From assembly GCF_030144855.1 (NCBI RefSeq), contig NC_082710.1, forward strand, positions 144,398,001 to 144,462,000: a stretch of DNA of 64,000 bases, given 5' to 3'. The translations under genes and the position numbers were made by a program. This stretch comes from Hypanus sabinus (Eukaryota). Shown here piece by piece: positions 28,165 to 42,079 of this stretch. Numbering within the stretch: position 1 is the stretch's first letter; each line of letters opens with the position of its first letter. The notes under the pieces were generated by a model. The model was given only the letters and a program-made list of their open reading frames with translations, was not told where the DNA came from and searched no databases.

Positions 28165-29176
28165 ATGCTTCTGGATGCGGGTCCGCAGTTCCCGACCCTC
28201 GGGGTGGGTACTTTCGCGAGACACCACCACCACCACCATCACCACTCCACCGCCGACATGTCCGACCGGGATCTGGCCATGCCTCAGAACACCTTCGTCG
28301 ACTCGGCGCACATGGGCGCCTTCAAGCTGAACGCCGGCGTCCACCACGACCTTCCATCCGCCGCTCAGAGCTCGGCTTTCAGCGCACAGGCGGCGGCCGG
28401 CCCGGGATACGCTTCCGCTCTGGCTCCCCACGCCGCCCATGTCGGCTCCTACTCGGGAGCCGCTTTCAACTCCACGCGGGACTTTATCTTCCGCAGCCGT
28501 GGCTTCACCGATTCGAGCCCGGCCACTGGCCAGCACGGTATCTTCGGACCGAGCCCTGGGGGCTTACATCACCCACATTCGGACACCTCGGCACACATTC
28601 TGTTCCCCGGCATCCACGAACAGGGAGCATCGCACCCGTCTCCAAACGCGCACGTCCTGAACGGCCAGATGCGCCTGGGACTGGCCAGTGAAGTATTTGG
28701 GCGCTCAGACCAGTGTCCCAGGACTGACCCTTTCTCGGCCACCCAAGTACACCACCACCACCATCACAACTATGGACAGATGAATATGAACATGGGTATG
28801 AATATGGCGACACATCACGGCGCAGGAGCCTTCTTCCGATACATGCGGCAGCCCATCAAGCAGGAACTAATCTGTAAATGGGTCGACCCCGAGCAACTGA
28901 CGAACCCCAAAAAGACCTGCAATAAAACCTTCAGCACTATGCACGAGCTGGTCACCCACGTTTCGGTGGAACACGTCGGCGGTCCGGAGCAGACTAACCA
29001 CATCTGCTTCTGGGAAGATTGCTCCCGGGAAGGCAAGCCTTTCAAAGCCAAATACAAATTGGTGAATCACATCAGGGTGCACACAGGCGAGAAGCCGTTC
29101 CCCTGCCCGTTTCCCGGCTGCGGCAAAGTTTTTGCCAGGTCAGAGAACTTAAAGATCCACAAACGCACCCACACAG
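28165..29176 (+). CDS. zic2: Zic2 coding exon 1 (ZOC, ZF-NC, zinc fingers 1-3)
   Basis: ATG at 28165; the ORF track starts earlier at a non-ATG codon. Ends CAC ACA G|GTAAGC. Confidence 0.96.
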
Positions 29177-30991
29177 GTAAGCGCCAAACTTTCCCCTCTC
29201 TCGTAGTAGAAACGCCGCGTTTGCGCTTCACGTTTACGCGGGAGAACTCAACACTCGTTCGCTGAGTCGGAGTCGGGCACTTCTGTTCTCAGCGGCTGAT
29301 TAACTTGTGCTCTGAAGTCACCGTCAAAATGCATATTTTTCAAAACTAAAATCAAATAACTTAAAAAAATGAGATTCAATTTTTAAATCGACTTTTTAGG
29401 ACTTTCTAAACCCATTTGAAAAATTTCTCTGCTCCACCAAACTAGAACAATGCGAATGTCCCATTTAATTCCAGAGATTTTTTTAAAAAAATTGCAAACG
29501 TTCAGAAGAAATGACCGCCGTAAATTATTTTTGAATCTTTGACGCATTTTAAAAACCAAAACAGTTGCGATCTTGGATGAAGAATTTAACATTGATAAAA
29601 TTCTGCTGTTTTGCGAATTAGGAAAAGGATATTTTGTAAATTCCAGGCATTGATTTTAATGCAGACGGCAATTGAATTACATGTGGTATGCCTGTTAAAA
29701 TTACATGAGGATATTTTTAAATTTGCATCGTGGTATTCGAGGATTTTGCCTTGGGCCAGAGATGTAAAATGTATAAAGATATAGCGGGCAGAAACCTGAA
29801 AAGCTTTCCAGAGCCTACAGGTATGACTTGCAAATTATGTCGCATTGCATAATATTTCTCTGTAGCGTGTGGAATTATGTCATCAGTAGTGGCCTGTGTT
29901 TGTACCATAAACTTTGAATATAGGTCAACATGCAATGTAGGGACAGGGAGGGTTTGTGTGTGAAACGTGGCAGCTGGGAAATTCATCCATTCTCCACCCG
30001 CGCGCCATTCATTAATTGCAATCGTGATTGTATATTCTAAATCGCTGGTTCTTCAAAAGAGGAATAAACAAAAGCGGTAATTAATTAATAAGTTATTTGG
30101 GAAAAAACATGCACAATAACGACCTTATCCAGAGTGGTGGAATCATGTAGGCCTTTTGTTCGCTCGTGAACGATTAATCATATGTGCTAGACGCGTCTTT
30201 TGCTTGGATTTCAACTGGGAAATTTATTTCCTTGGAGTAGCTATCCTTCCGATTTCAAGGTGGTTTGCATATCTCTCGAAAACCATTTAAATGCTAATAA
30301 ATGTAATGTTGCATTGTTCCTCTGCATTTAGCAATACTCCGGAGTGATTCACACCTCTCAGTTTCGCCCAAGAATGAACGATAAAAGTTCAAAAGGAAAA
30401 TTTTCAACTCTTGATACAATGACCAATTTTTAAAAAGTGTATTCCTCTTTAAGTACACGCATGCGGTCCAGGACTTTATATGTTACTACGAGACATTGCG
30501 ATATCGATAAACGGAGGGAGAAAATATCTTATTTTTTATTTGATGCAATTCATTTCAAAAATTCGCTTGGATCAATGAATTTAAGACACATGTTAATTTA
30601 AAAATCCAAATAGACTCTTTAATTACAGTCTGCCACCGCATAAGAGCGACAACCAGCGTTTCCGCGTGTTACAATCATCAGGGAATCTTTTAATTGTGGC
30701 TTTACATTTGATGAAGGGGGGCCGAGCAATGTAAACCAAGTGTTCGCATGCACACATCAATCACTCAAACCCAAAGGCAAATCATTTTTGTCAAGCGCAT
30801 TTCCGTACACGGCCTTTCTAATTCTGAAATCCAGTCCAATCTGATTACAATTCAGATCTTTCACTCGAAATATTTTAGGTGTATCTTGCTCGCAGTTACA
30901 AACGTCAGGTTAGACCATAAATACTGACGGTTAAATATTTGGTGCTTTAAAGATAAACCGAGTTTAAATCCAGCTGCCTTGCACGACGTGA

Positions 30992-31312
<321 letters not shown>

Positions 31313-31378
31313 TAACGTTTGCAATCGCTCTTCAGAGAAGACTGATTTTGGGTTTTTTTCTCTCTCTCCCTCATGCAG

Positions 31379-31564
31379 GTCCATGAATCATCTCAGGGTT
31401 CTGAGTCTTCACCGGCAGCTAGCTCTGGCTACGAATCTTCCACTCCGCCAGTCCTGGTGTCACCGTCTGCCGAACCCCCGAACAGCAATAATTTATCCCC
31501 CGCCTCCACTGCCGTGCACACCAACGCCGGCATCTCTTCCAACTTCAATGAATGGTACGTGTAA
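31379..31564 (+). CDS. zic2: Zic2 coding exon 3 (Ser-rich C-terminus)
   Basis: Polypyrimidine tract and tcatgcag|GTCCATGAA, encoding [21 protein letters not shown]...SNFNEWYV followed by TAA. Confidence 0.96.
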   Translation, partial: VHESSQGSESSPAASSGYESSTPPVLVSPSAEPPNSNNLSPASTAVHTNAGISSNFNEWYV

Positions 31565-32184
31565 AATAGCACCAAAGGCCACTAACGTGGGAGATCATCG
31601 ACTATGTCTCTAAACTTGAAAATAGATCAAACTGCTTGCTCTGCGGTAAGCGGCTAAAGGAAAATTGAAACCGAATGAATCGCCCCCAGTACCAGCAATA
31701 CCGAGTTCCAGCGATTTTGCAGAAATGAAGATCAAATGTTATTTATGTTTCACCGAGCAACTATTTCGGCTACTTTTATAACTCTGTGCAAAAAGAAGCT
31801 TTCCCTGTCAGCTCAACTGGACCCGGGAATCCTGAGACTGAGTGTTCTTTGAACTAAAGCTAGGGATTTCTTCCCTGAGATTACAAAGCTTTCCAGACTG
31901 GACAAAACGGAAGCACAATAGACGGAGAGAACGATTTCCTTGTTGTATTTTAATGCAAGTTAAGTCGCCTTTTTCAAGGAGGCTGATTGTAAAATCTTCA
32001 TCCAATCATATAGAATGGAAACTGGGCCAAAGTCAAGTTGCAGTTCACAAATACACATAAAGAACACGATTCATTGCTTGTGAATGTATTTCTTCTGTTA
32101 GCCGAGTTTTTATCTTGTGATGTTTTGTGCTTTGCAAGTTTAAATTGTGGAATACTATTGGAAGATTGTGAAAAAGTCGTGCTG

Positions 32185-32335
32185 TTAATTTTTGTAACAA
32201 CAATACCCATTCTGTAAATAGCCGCATCACCATATTTATCTCAGTTGTAATTAAATTATGGTATTAACTTGCTACAGATGAAACAATATTTATAAAGAAT
32301 GTTTCTTAACTATAAATATGTACAATTGTGAGTTA
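32185..32335 (+). promoter_or_regulatory. AU-rich zic2 3'UTR element, likely the conserved ZIC2 3'UTR non-coding element
   Basis: AU-rich block containing a Pumilio element TGTAAATA (32213-32220) and TAATTAAATTA. AATAAA lies downstream at 32439-32444. A conserved 3'UTR element is known for ZIC2, but I could not compute the homology. Confidence 0.55.
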
Positions 32336-35300
32336 AACATCAGATTGTTCAGATTGTTCTCGTTTTAATTTCTAGATAAAGCAGCGTTTCCCTCTTCTTG
32401 TGCGATGTCCTGAGATCATTAACAGCATACAAAGGTATAATAAAACGTGTTCAGGTGTATTTGCTGATATCGTTGTTATTTTAGGCCCGGTTGAATCCTC
32501 GCTGTTTTTGTGCTCCGTCACGTTTGTTGAAGTTCAGAGCAGGCACTTTTCTGAATGCCGTTCGATATTGGTTGGGGTGGGGGGCGGTAATTGTCATTCT
32601 GCAACATAGCAGTTTCCTTAAAGAAACGCACTGAATGGTCGCCCGACTGGTTTAGTTTGAACGTCTTCAACATTTGAGGCAGATTGCATTTCTACTGCCA
32701 TTTTGTTTTATTTACGAAGTATTCATTGGAGTAGACAGTCAAGCACATTTTTTTTTACACAGCAGGGAGTGGCGGTTTAACGATTTATCTGAAGTTTTAT
32801 TTTGTCGTGGTCTGAACACGGTGGTTGAAAACAACAAGTTAGGTAGTAATGCCAAACTACTTAAGATGCTGGGATTCGTTTATAATGGTAAGAGAGAGTT
32901 GCGGGGATGACGAGGGAGGGGTCTAGTCACTATTAATTAGTTCCTGCATATGGAATTGTTAAAACATAAGAATGTTCACAATTGCAGGGAAGTAGAGGTG
33001 GAATTCATTATCGCCCAGTTACAAAACCAGACACGTGTAAGAATTGTTTTGACGGCGAGGAGTGGGCTCAGATTTTAGTTTCGGTTACTGGCATGGGGGA
33101 GGTTACGTTTTCGCTATACAATCTGATTTAGCATCGCATCTGCTACTTGTTATATAGTCTGCGATGAAAATATGGGGTTTATTTCCAAAAGCATTCGAAA
33201 AGTTAACAGTTTATAGCGGAACGGAGGGCTTTGGAGCTACTAATTGAACGTTAAAATTGTGGAAGTATTCTCCTCATTTTCTTCCACATTCCCACGCGGT
33301 GAAACACAATACTTTCGCCGTTCCTTGTTTGCGCTATCGGTCGGTGTTATCGACCGAAGCAAAGTAAATTCAAAGACCGTCAACTTCCGCCCTGTCCTTT
33401 GAACAGGCACAGTTGCAATAAATAACGCGCCAGCAAGTACAAGGTACCCTCAGCTCTGGCTGCCAGCAATTCGGAGTGCCAACAGGCAGGCGAAACTCAA
33501 TTTCTGGGATGGAAAACCGCAATAAGACAACGAAAGGTATTTTATTTTCCGAGAGCACCGAGACCTGACCCGGTAGATTTGGAACTTCAAGCGAGGAGGA
33601 CTCGCTCGAGTGAAGTGGACCACAAGCTCAGGCAGGCGAGGTTTCGATCGGAGGCACTTGAACTTGACTTTACCTCACTCGGGGCTATTCTTGTTCATTG
33701 TTTACAGTTGGAGTCGCATGTCACACGTTTAAACAGTCGTTCCGTCTCACTGCACAATTTGCGTTGGTAGCGTTTCCGTTAGCAAGCGAACAGCGCTGGT
33801 TAGGGAGCAAAATTGCAAACTAAATATTTCTCACGTCAGCCTCCATCGTCCCCCCCCCCCCCCCACAGCCCCGCACCACCAAAATAAATATCAAGGGATT
33901 ATGCCAAAATCAATTTGCTGGGTAATGCATATTTTGTTCGGTTTGCTTTACTATCTAATTCTATTTTTGTTAAACATTCCTACCGCGTTAGTTATTGGGG
34001 GCGGGGTGGGGGGAACATATTGGAAACCATCACAAGGACAAATTGAGACTTGAAAGAAATCCTGAAAGCGACTGTCAGCTTCACAACTCAAAATAATGCG
34101 GGCATTCATATAGTTTTCAATTACCTGAAAGCCATTTAAAACGGGACGTGTTTATCGGGGAATTAAATGTTATTGTTTAAATAGGCAGAAGTTAGTCAGA
34201 AAGGTTTTGGAATTTTAAATCGGGTTTTCCGCGAATCAATGGGTTTGAAAATGCAATGTGTGGTTCTAACAGTCCACTGTCACCAGAGTGATTATAACAC
34301 TGAAACAGCGTTACGATATAATCTTATAAAGAGATCATTAAATGGTCTATAAATTACAGATAGAGACCCACCTGAGGGCAGAGTGACTGCTGTATTGATA
34401 ATTACAGAGGGATATGGCGAGTTCCTGTCAATCGAAATGGCAGCTCATAAATTATAAAGCCACCCTAATAAACATTCAATTGTAGCCCTCAAATCGGCAG
34501 ATTTTATGGTACGTTTCAAAGTTATAAGGCAATTTTAAGAAATAATTCAATTGACCCTGCTATTAATGATTAACAATACTAGGTTAACATTACATTAAGG
34601 GCCACAATTGATGAGGTGGGTTAAAATGTCCATGTGGTTAGATATATTTGCATTCTACAATGAATCAGCTCGAAGCATAGATGCAAAACCGGTATTTGAA
34701 AGACTGAAGTTCTATGCACGCTTAACAAATCCATATCTTTGAGATAATACCTTTAACATTGCTGTGTTTTGCAAGTGCTGGTGAACACAATGCGCGGCTT
34801 TATTTTCTGACTATCGATTAAGTTTGTTTCCAATACGAGCTTTTTATATTCGTCAAATGAGATAATACCTAGCAGTACGAGCGCCACTGTTCACTTATGA
34901 AAGCATAATTTGGCATCATAAATCTGCGGTTGTGTTGCATAAGAGGTTGGGAAAGGAGGGAAAACGCGGGCAGTAATCTGGAATCGCCTGGATTGCCAAC
35001 TACGACCGATATCGTTACCTGTGCAAAGCAGTCGTGCTCATGCCAATCAGACTTCGCTAATCTATATAGGCAAACTATATGTAACTACACACACATACAC
35101 ATATAATATTTGATGTGCATATTATGTATAATGTACATAAATATTGTACGTAATATATATGATATTTGCATGCACATTATATATATAATTATAAAGAAAT
35201 TTGCAAATATAACCGGCCACTATTGAAAGATCAGCCATGTCTATATATTAATCAATAAAGTGTCTTACTGGAGTGACGGCGATTATAATTTTTAACATTT

Positions 35301-38300
35301 AAACTACTCTAGCGTTTTAAAGCAAATATTGAAATTATATCCTTTATTCATATTTCCATTTTCACCCATTTACCCATGAGTAAAATTAATAATAAGCTAA
35401 TGACTGCATTTATTACAGGATTAGCGATGGTTCATTCTGTTTTACATTAATGCCTTACTATGTACTTGTGTCGATCAAAGTGTGAGAGTGGGAGTAATTT
35501 GGTTACTGAAGTTCCACCAATTAAAATGATCACAAGCTTGTGTTCGTTAGCGTACAAATTATTTGCCTTGGAAGATAAATTAATCTCTTTGACTACTCTA
35601 TTATGCAATCGCCACTCGTTAATTAAAATGTGACTAAGGTTCGTCTGGAGAAAAAAGGTATTACTTTGAGACGATAAGGTGACTTAAGAACATTGCTCGA
35701 TTTTGAAAAGGGAAAAAAAAATATTCCCGCTGGCACCGGAGCTGTGGAAAAGAAATTTAAAGATGATTATGAAGATGAAAAAGGGGCAGAAAAATGTTGA
35801 TTGGAGAAGATAGTAATGATACTGATGATTTGACAACTACAGTAGGGGTCAAAGGCCTGCCCCTCACCGTGTCCAGCTATTTGCTCACTCCTGACACAAG
35901 CTGTTATGATATCGATACAAGAATAGAAAATTAATGCAAAAATATGTTATTGGAGTTAAATAGCGCTTCTGCTTATTTTTTTAATGTCAGAGCAACTTTA
36001 ATTATCCACATACTGTAAGCTATAGAGAATGGCTCTGATCTCTTCTATTTCTGTAGAAGCTCTAAGTGTTTTTAAACTTCGCAGGTTGTTGAACACTCAT
36101 CGCCCGATTCAACGTGTCAGCAGCACAAAACACTATCATGCGACTTTTCTGAGAATCCTTGTTCCATCTCTCCAGGAATTTAAAGTAGTGCTTTTTAATA
36201 GATTTCTCTATCGGGACGGATAAACATATTGCTATGACCAAAACAAGACATAGGCCGTGCAACAGGTAGATAGATTGATTTGCTTTTTGTTTTGACTTTG
36301 GCGTAGGTCAGGGCGCGGTGTGCTGAAATAAGCAACTTAGCTTACCGAATGGAACTCTTGGCATTCACAGTTTCTATAGCTTTGGCAACTGTATACACTT
36401 TCACGGCGATTATACTCGCAGCCCGTATCCCCGTGAGTGGCTATCAAGTGCAAAACCATATATTTTGTGAATAACCAGCAAATTGAATCTTATTCTTAAA
36501 CATATGTAGCTACAATTATTCAATTGGCACTCGACTGCAGGTTTCACCGATCACCTCAAGTTGCGAAGATTGGAGCTGGAAGGTCGCTTGTGCTTCCGAA
36601 ATAACTTGACTTTGAGTCACTAGCTCCAAGCACACCGGTGTACCGGCGTATGGGAATAATGTTTTTCGGCTGTATTTCGGGATGGAGTCTCTCACGGCCT
36701 CTCCTCGCCGAAACAACAAAGAAAAAGAGAAAACCCGAATTCAAGCCGCAGTTTGGAAAAATTACTTCCCTATCACATTTGGACAGTTTCATTTCGCGAT
36801 TTGCGACTACTACATGAATTCAGATAAAATTTGAAACACAACCTGGATGCTTAACTACGCCGACAAAAATTCCAATCCTTAACATACTGGCGATAGAGTT
36901 TTAAATCCCACTCCCGGGTGCTCCGCTGATGTTTATCGCTGATAGCCGCGCTGCGGTTCAAATTTCAACATGAAACATTAATGTGCAAAATAAAATGAAG
37001 ATTAAATTAATTTTCTGCGTAATACCTGATTGTTGCTATTTTGATTTCCTGAACATAGTGCAAAGGGAAATATTTTTAACTACGCGAGATATAAGTGGCA
37101 CATTGAAAGAACAGTAACTGCTCCTACTTGATATTATGTAGGATACGGCAACTGGAATATTTGAGTGTTTGAGTAGCGATTTCATATTTTGTTCGATTTG
37201 AAATCAACTGTACAGTAACCAACTAGGGCAGTGAGTTTAACGCGCTGACTCAGCGGGAGTTTCAAAAGTGCTTTCACTCTTTGGTCCTGCCTTTAAAAAT
37301 AAAAGCTATTATTCGAATCTTTCCTTTTCTTATCGTTTTACCACCGCAAGACCACGGTCAAGCCTAATCTAAACTTGATCCTGTTTCAGAATGGGGTGGG
37401 GGGTGCTGGGCGGTCAATGGTCAGTCTTAAAAACAGGCGGAAAATAAATGGCGTTTATTATAAATTTATTTATTAAAATGCATTTATCCTTGGTTATCTT
37501 CTACAAGAATCAAACATCCCTTCAGAGAAAGACGTATTGCAAATGAACGTAGCGGGCTCTATCATCACACGCCAAACTTTAATCTTGGATAATTGGAGTT
37601 CTGTGAAAAAATACAGATCAACGAATTTGGTCGGATTTCGCAACAGTCCGTAAACTCATGAGCACTACTTCATCATTCCTTTTGTTGCATTTTTTAAATA
37701 ATTTATAGTAATTTTATGTTTTGCACTGTACTGCTGCCGCAAAAAAACATGTCATATAAGTCAGTAATAACAAATCTGAATCTGATTTTGACACGTTTTT
37801 ATGCCATTTTGGAATATGTCTAAAAAGACATCTAATTAAACTAAACTGAGGACGTTTTCTAAATGTAGCCGAAGTTGCCTTGCGGAACGGAAGTCTCCAT
37901 TTCAATTATCTGTGTGATAATTTGCACTTTCTATTTTTTTTGTTGTTTGAGAGTTCCTTTTTTGCGGCAAAGTGTCCACAGGGATTTAAGCGGCCGAACT
38001 CTGCGATTGCAGATGACAGACTTTCAGCCGCAACCCCTGCTCAGCTGCTATGGGTGACTATTATTTCCAGTAGTGTTTCGGACGTTCTCTGGCCGAGCAT
38101 TCATTGTATTTTGGAGAGTGCTGTTGGAAAAACTCCGGTCCGAAAATAGACGGGAAAGGTGTGGGCATGACGCCTTTGCTTTGCTTTCAGTAACGAGGCA
38201 AACTCACAGTGTCGACTTTAACCAGTGAGTTTAATTCCATTGTAGATTGTTTTTTTCATCTTCTTGTCTACGACCAGGATTCACGAGAGTGCATCCTTAC

Positions 38301-39339
38301 AAAATAGATGATAAAAGACGTATTCGATGTTACACGAGCGTTACAGAAAATATTGATTGATATGAATTCATTTATATACATCTGCTTTATTTTCCTTGCT
38401 GTGTCAATTCTAGTCTATAAAAACATGATCTATGCTTTTATAATACATAGTCTGCCTTTAAGTGGTAAAGCCAACTCTCCTGATGTGCTTCTTGCAAATA
38501 ATATTTTTTACACCAAAACCTAATTAGACATGTCCCACATTAACCAAACGCACATTGCTGCTCTCACCACATTTCAGCGTTATTGGAGAACAAATATAAT
38601 ATTGCAATTCTATATTTAGCCGCCAGTTTATTTTCTGAGAATTTTATAGACATTTTTAACTTTAGAGAATAAGCAGAGGTTGAAACTAAATTTGTTCAGC
38701 AATAGAATCAGCTTTCATAATAAAAACTAATATTTGTGTAGCTTATAGTGCGAGAGGAATTACTCATACCAAATCTGTATGATTTAATCTGGAAGTTGCA
38801 ATCCAATACTTCTGTGCAATGTTAATCGAGTGCTATATTCAACTGATCTATCAAAAAGCCACATTTTAATCTTCCGACCGCTTTTTGGTAAAGCGTGAAA
38901 CAGCATTGTATTTCACATAAACCAAAACTGAATAGCCAGCCACGCATATCTGGAAGAGTCCGGGAAACTGGACCCCAATACCACGAGAGAAGGGAAACAG
39001 CACTGATGGGGGTTAAAACTAAACCTAGAGCGGTTTGCTGGCATGAGAGCTCCTCCTAACTTTCTACCTCTATCCCAATATTTTTAAACTCCCTTTCCCC
39101 CCGTGGTGTTGGCGTCGGAATCTAAGTGCGAGCCTTTAAAAATATTAATATTTTACGGTTACAAAGTACTAGTTTTTCAGGTGTAAGTATTACCAAAGAT
39201 TCTAATCTCAATGGAGACATATAGGAATCGAAGGTTCCCTTTATTGTTTGGTTCAGCTGCAGCATTTCTACCTCCTCGGTAGCGTGACTGGTATTGTTGC
39301 TTAAGGGTAATTGATTGTGATGAACTTGGAACTCGCCAC

Positions 39340-39436
39340 GCAACACACACAAAATGCTGGAGGATCTCAGCAGGTCAGGCAGCATCTATGGGAAAAAGTA
39401 GAGTCGACATTTCGGGCCGAGACCCTTCTTCAGGAC
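39340..39436 (-). mobile_element. Penelope-derived hammerhead-type short repeat
   Basis: The reverse strand reads GTC CTGAAGA A GGGT CTCG GCCC GAAA TGTC GAC..catagatgctgcctgacctgctgag..cagcattttgtgtgtgttgc. Confidence 0.85.
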
Positions 39437-42079
39437 AGAGGATATGAGAGTGTGTCATGAACATATTAAGGGGGAAGACTTGGCCACAATAGAGACTGAG
39501 AAGGTTAGATGAGTTGAGATGGAAGAGGCTTAAGAAGAGAATAAGTGCAACACCTTAGGCACAGTGGCCTCCTTCTGTACAACACACTCTTTAGGTGATT
39601 AGTTTCTTTCTTAAGGTAACAGTTCAATTAATTATTGTTAGTCCTGTTAAAGACAATTTAGAATTGTGTCATCCGGTTAAAGGAAAATTTTCTGTGTGAC
39701 AGTTTGATGTGCAGTGCAGGAGTTTATGCTCCTGAGCAGGTGTGTTTTGTATTCATGTTTGTATAAACAGATGTGGACTTTTGGCATGGATTACAAGCAT
39801 GTATTTATTTTGGGATTTCAGGCAACATTTTAAAAGATATTGTGGCTCATGCCTGAAGTCAATCACATCACCACTATTGGTTTGCGAAGTTTGGATGCTT
39901 TACCATTTCAATTCAGTAGAAAGGTGTTGTATTGATTACATTGTGGTATCTTTGGAAGCAACTCAGAAAACACAGAAAATACTAAACAGGACAATCAGCA
40001 TACATGGAGAGAGAAACAGAGTTAAGGTTTGTTGATGACCTGCCACTGCAACTGGGGGAAAATGCAGCATGGCAACCCAGTCAACCTGTAATTAGTTAGT
40101 TAAGCCCATCACCCCTGCTAGGGCAAAGGCCATTGACTACAGCTCACCAGAACCCAGGTGCATCCCATCTTCTTGATGTCAGCCCCAAGGTAGCATTACC
40201 AGGTGTTCTTAGCCCAGTCTATCTTAAAGAGTTCATTGGCCTTTTGGCTTCCATAGACTTATGACCTTCACCACACAATTTCAGAATGTCTTCTTGGTAA
40301 AGTCCTTCCTTTCCAAGGGATGAGGTCTTTGGGGTTTCTGTTGGTGTTCCTGTATGTCTAGGTTTTTACCGGATGTGATTAGTCGCCTCATGTCCGATCC
40401 TCCTCCTTTTGCAGCCAGCTTTGGGACTGTCCACGGTGGAGTTCCAATGATCCTGTACCACCCAATTACACCCATGTGACCAATTACCCGACTAATCCAT
40501 ACTTCTTCTGAGCACGTGCAGAGGGTGTGGAAACCAAAGGAGATGAAATGATAATAGGAAAGGTTGTGTAAGGAAATACAAAATGCTTTTGAGATGTTAT
40601 GATATTTATTGTTTATTTATTTTTATTTTCTCTTTTTGTATTTGCATAGTTTATTGTCTTTCACATACTGGTTTTCCACCCTTTTGGTGCCGTTATGGCT
40701 ATTTGATGTATTGAGTATGCCCACAAGAAAATGAATCTCTGGGTTGCATGCAGTGGCATATACTGTATGTACTTTGACAATAAATTTACCCTGAACATTC
40801 TGAACTCCAAAAATTTCAATTAGAAGATATTTCATTATATTTTTTTCACATGATCTATTATAATTTCCATGGGCTGGTAAATAAATATTATTCTTCTCAG
40901 CTTATTACCCCTACTGGGGCAAAGGCCACCAAGAGCAGCTTGCTAGAGTCCTCTCTCTTGGACCTGTCTTGCAAATTGTCCCTGGATGTAGCCCATCTTC
41001 GAAGAATCTTCCTCTCTCAAGGATGAAGTCTTTGGAGTTCCTGTTAGTATTTTTATAGTACCAGGATTTTCCAGGATGGGGTTGCAAGCCCCATCACCAA
41101 CCTTCCTTCTTTCATAGCCAGGCTTGGAACCCTTCATAGCAGAGTTTAAATAAATGTACCAAATCTTATTAATCTCTTAAACAGGATTGCCATTTATGAC
41201 CATTGTTAATTGATCCATGAGTCATTGACATATAGGTAGTGAAAGAATTATATGAATGTCTGTAAATCTTTGAGTCAGCTGAAGTAGATGGCCCGTCCTG
41301 GGGTTAAAGGATTGTGTATGGATGCAAATAGTTGGGAGTGGGGAACGGGGCTTGTTTGCTGTTGTTGCTTTGTTGAATGGTATGTTTCATTGTGTTGTGT
41401 TTGGTATTGTTCTGCTGAGCATGGCGGGCTTGCTAGGTTGGTGCCTAAACACATGGACATACTTTCAGGCTGCCGCCAGCACATCCTTGGGTATGGTAGT
41501 TGTCTATGCAAATGCCACATTTCACTGTACGTTTCAATGTACTACACGTGATTAGTAAATCGGAATCTGAATGCAGTTGGAGGTGGATTTTGACCCAATA
41601 GCAGTAAGAGAAAACAATGTACTTCAAATTCAGGATAGTGCGTGTCATGGCAGCAAAGGTGCAGGTGCAACATCTGCAGAGTTTGCTGAGCTCCTTCCAG
41701 GTGAAAGAGGTCAACGTCTTTCAGGGCGGAGGGACGGGAGTGGCTGTCAGGTTGCTATGGTGCATCTTGCAAATAGCACTCTGGCTGGAGGGAATTAATA
41801 GTTTTAAGAAGTGAATAGGCTCACAATCATATGGACCACTTTGCTTTGACTGGTCATAAACTTAAGGATAACATAACACGTTTCTGGGTAATTTGCCCCA
41901 TTGTCCATTGTGGCTTTGAAGAACACATAGGACCGAGTTCTTTCTATGGATTGCTGTTTAATACTCCTTGAGATGAGAATGGGATTGGCATAGCTGTGTT
42001 GTCTGATGTGTTCAGCTGGTACGCTGATGCTCACCTTGAGACTAATAAATAAATAATGACTAATCCTAATGAGTCCTAG

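Noticed and set aside
27982-29082. Long overlapping ORFs (184 aa minus, 212 aa plus and others) over zic2 exon 1
   Set aside because: They are alternative-frame shadows of a GC-rich coding exon with no recognisable domain.
40100-41570. Several short SINE/LINE-tail-like fragments
   Set aside because: They look repeat-derived but are too decayed to classify or delimit reliably by eye.
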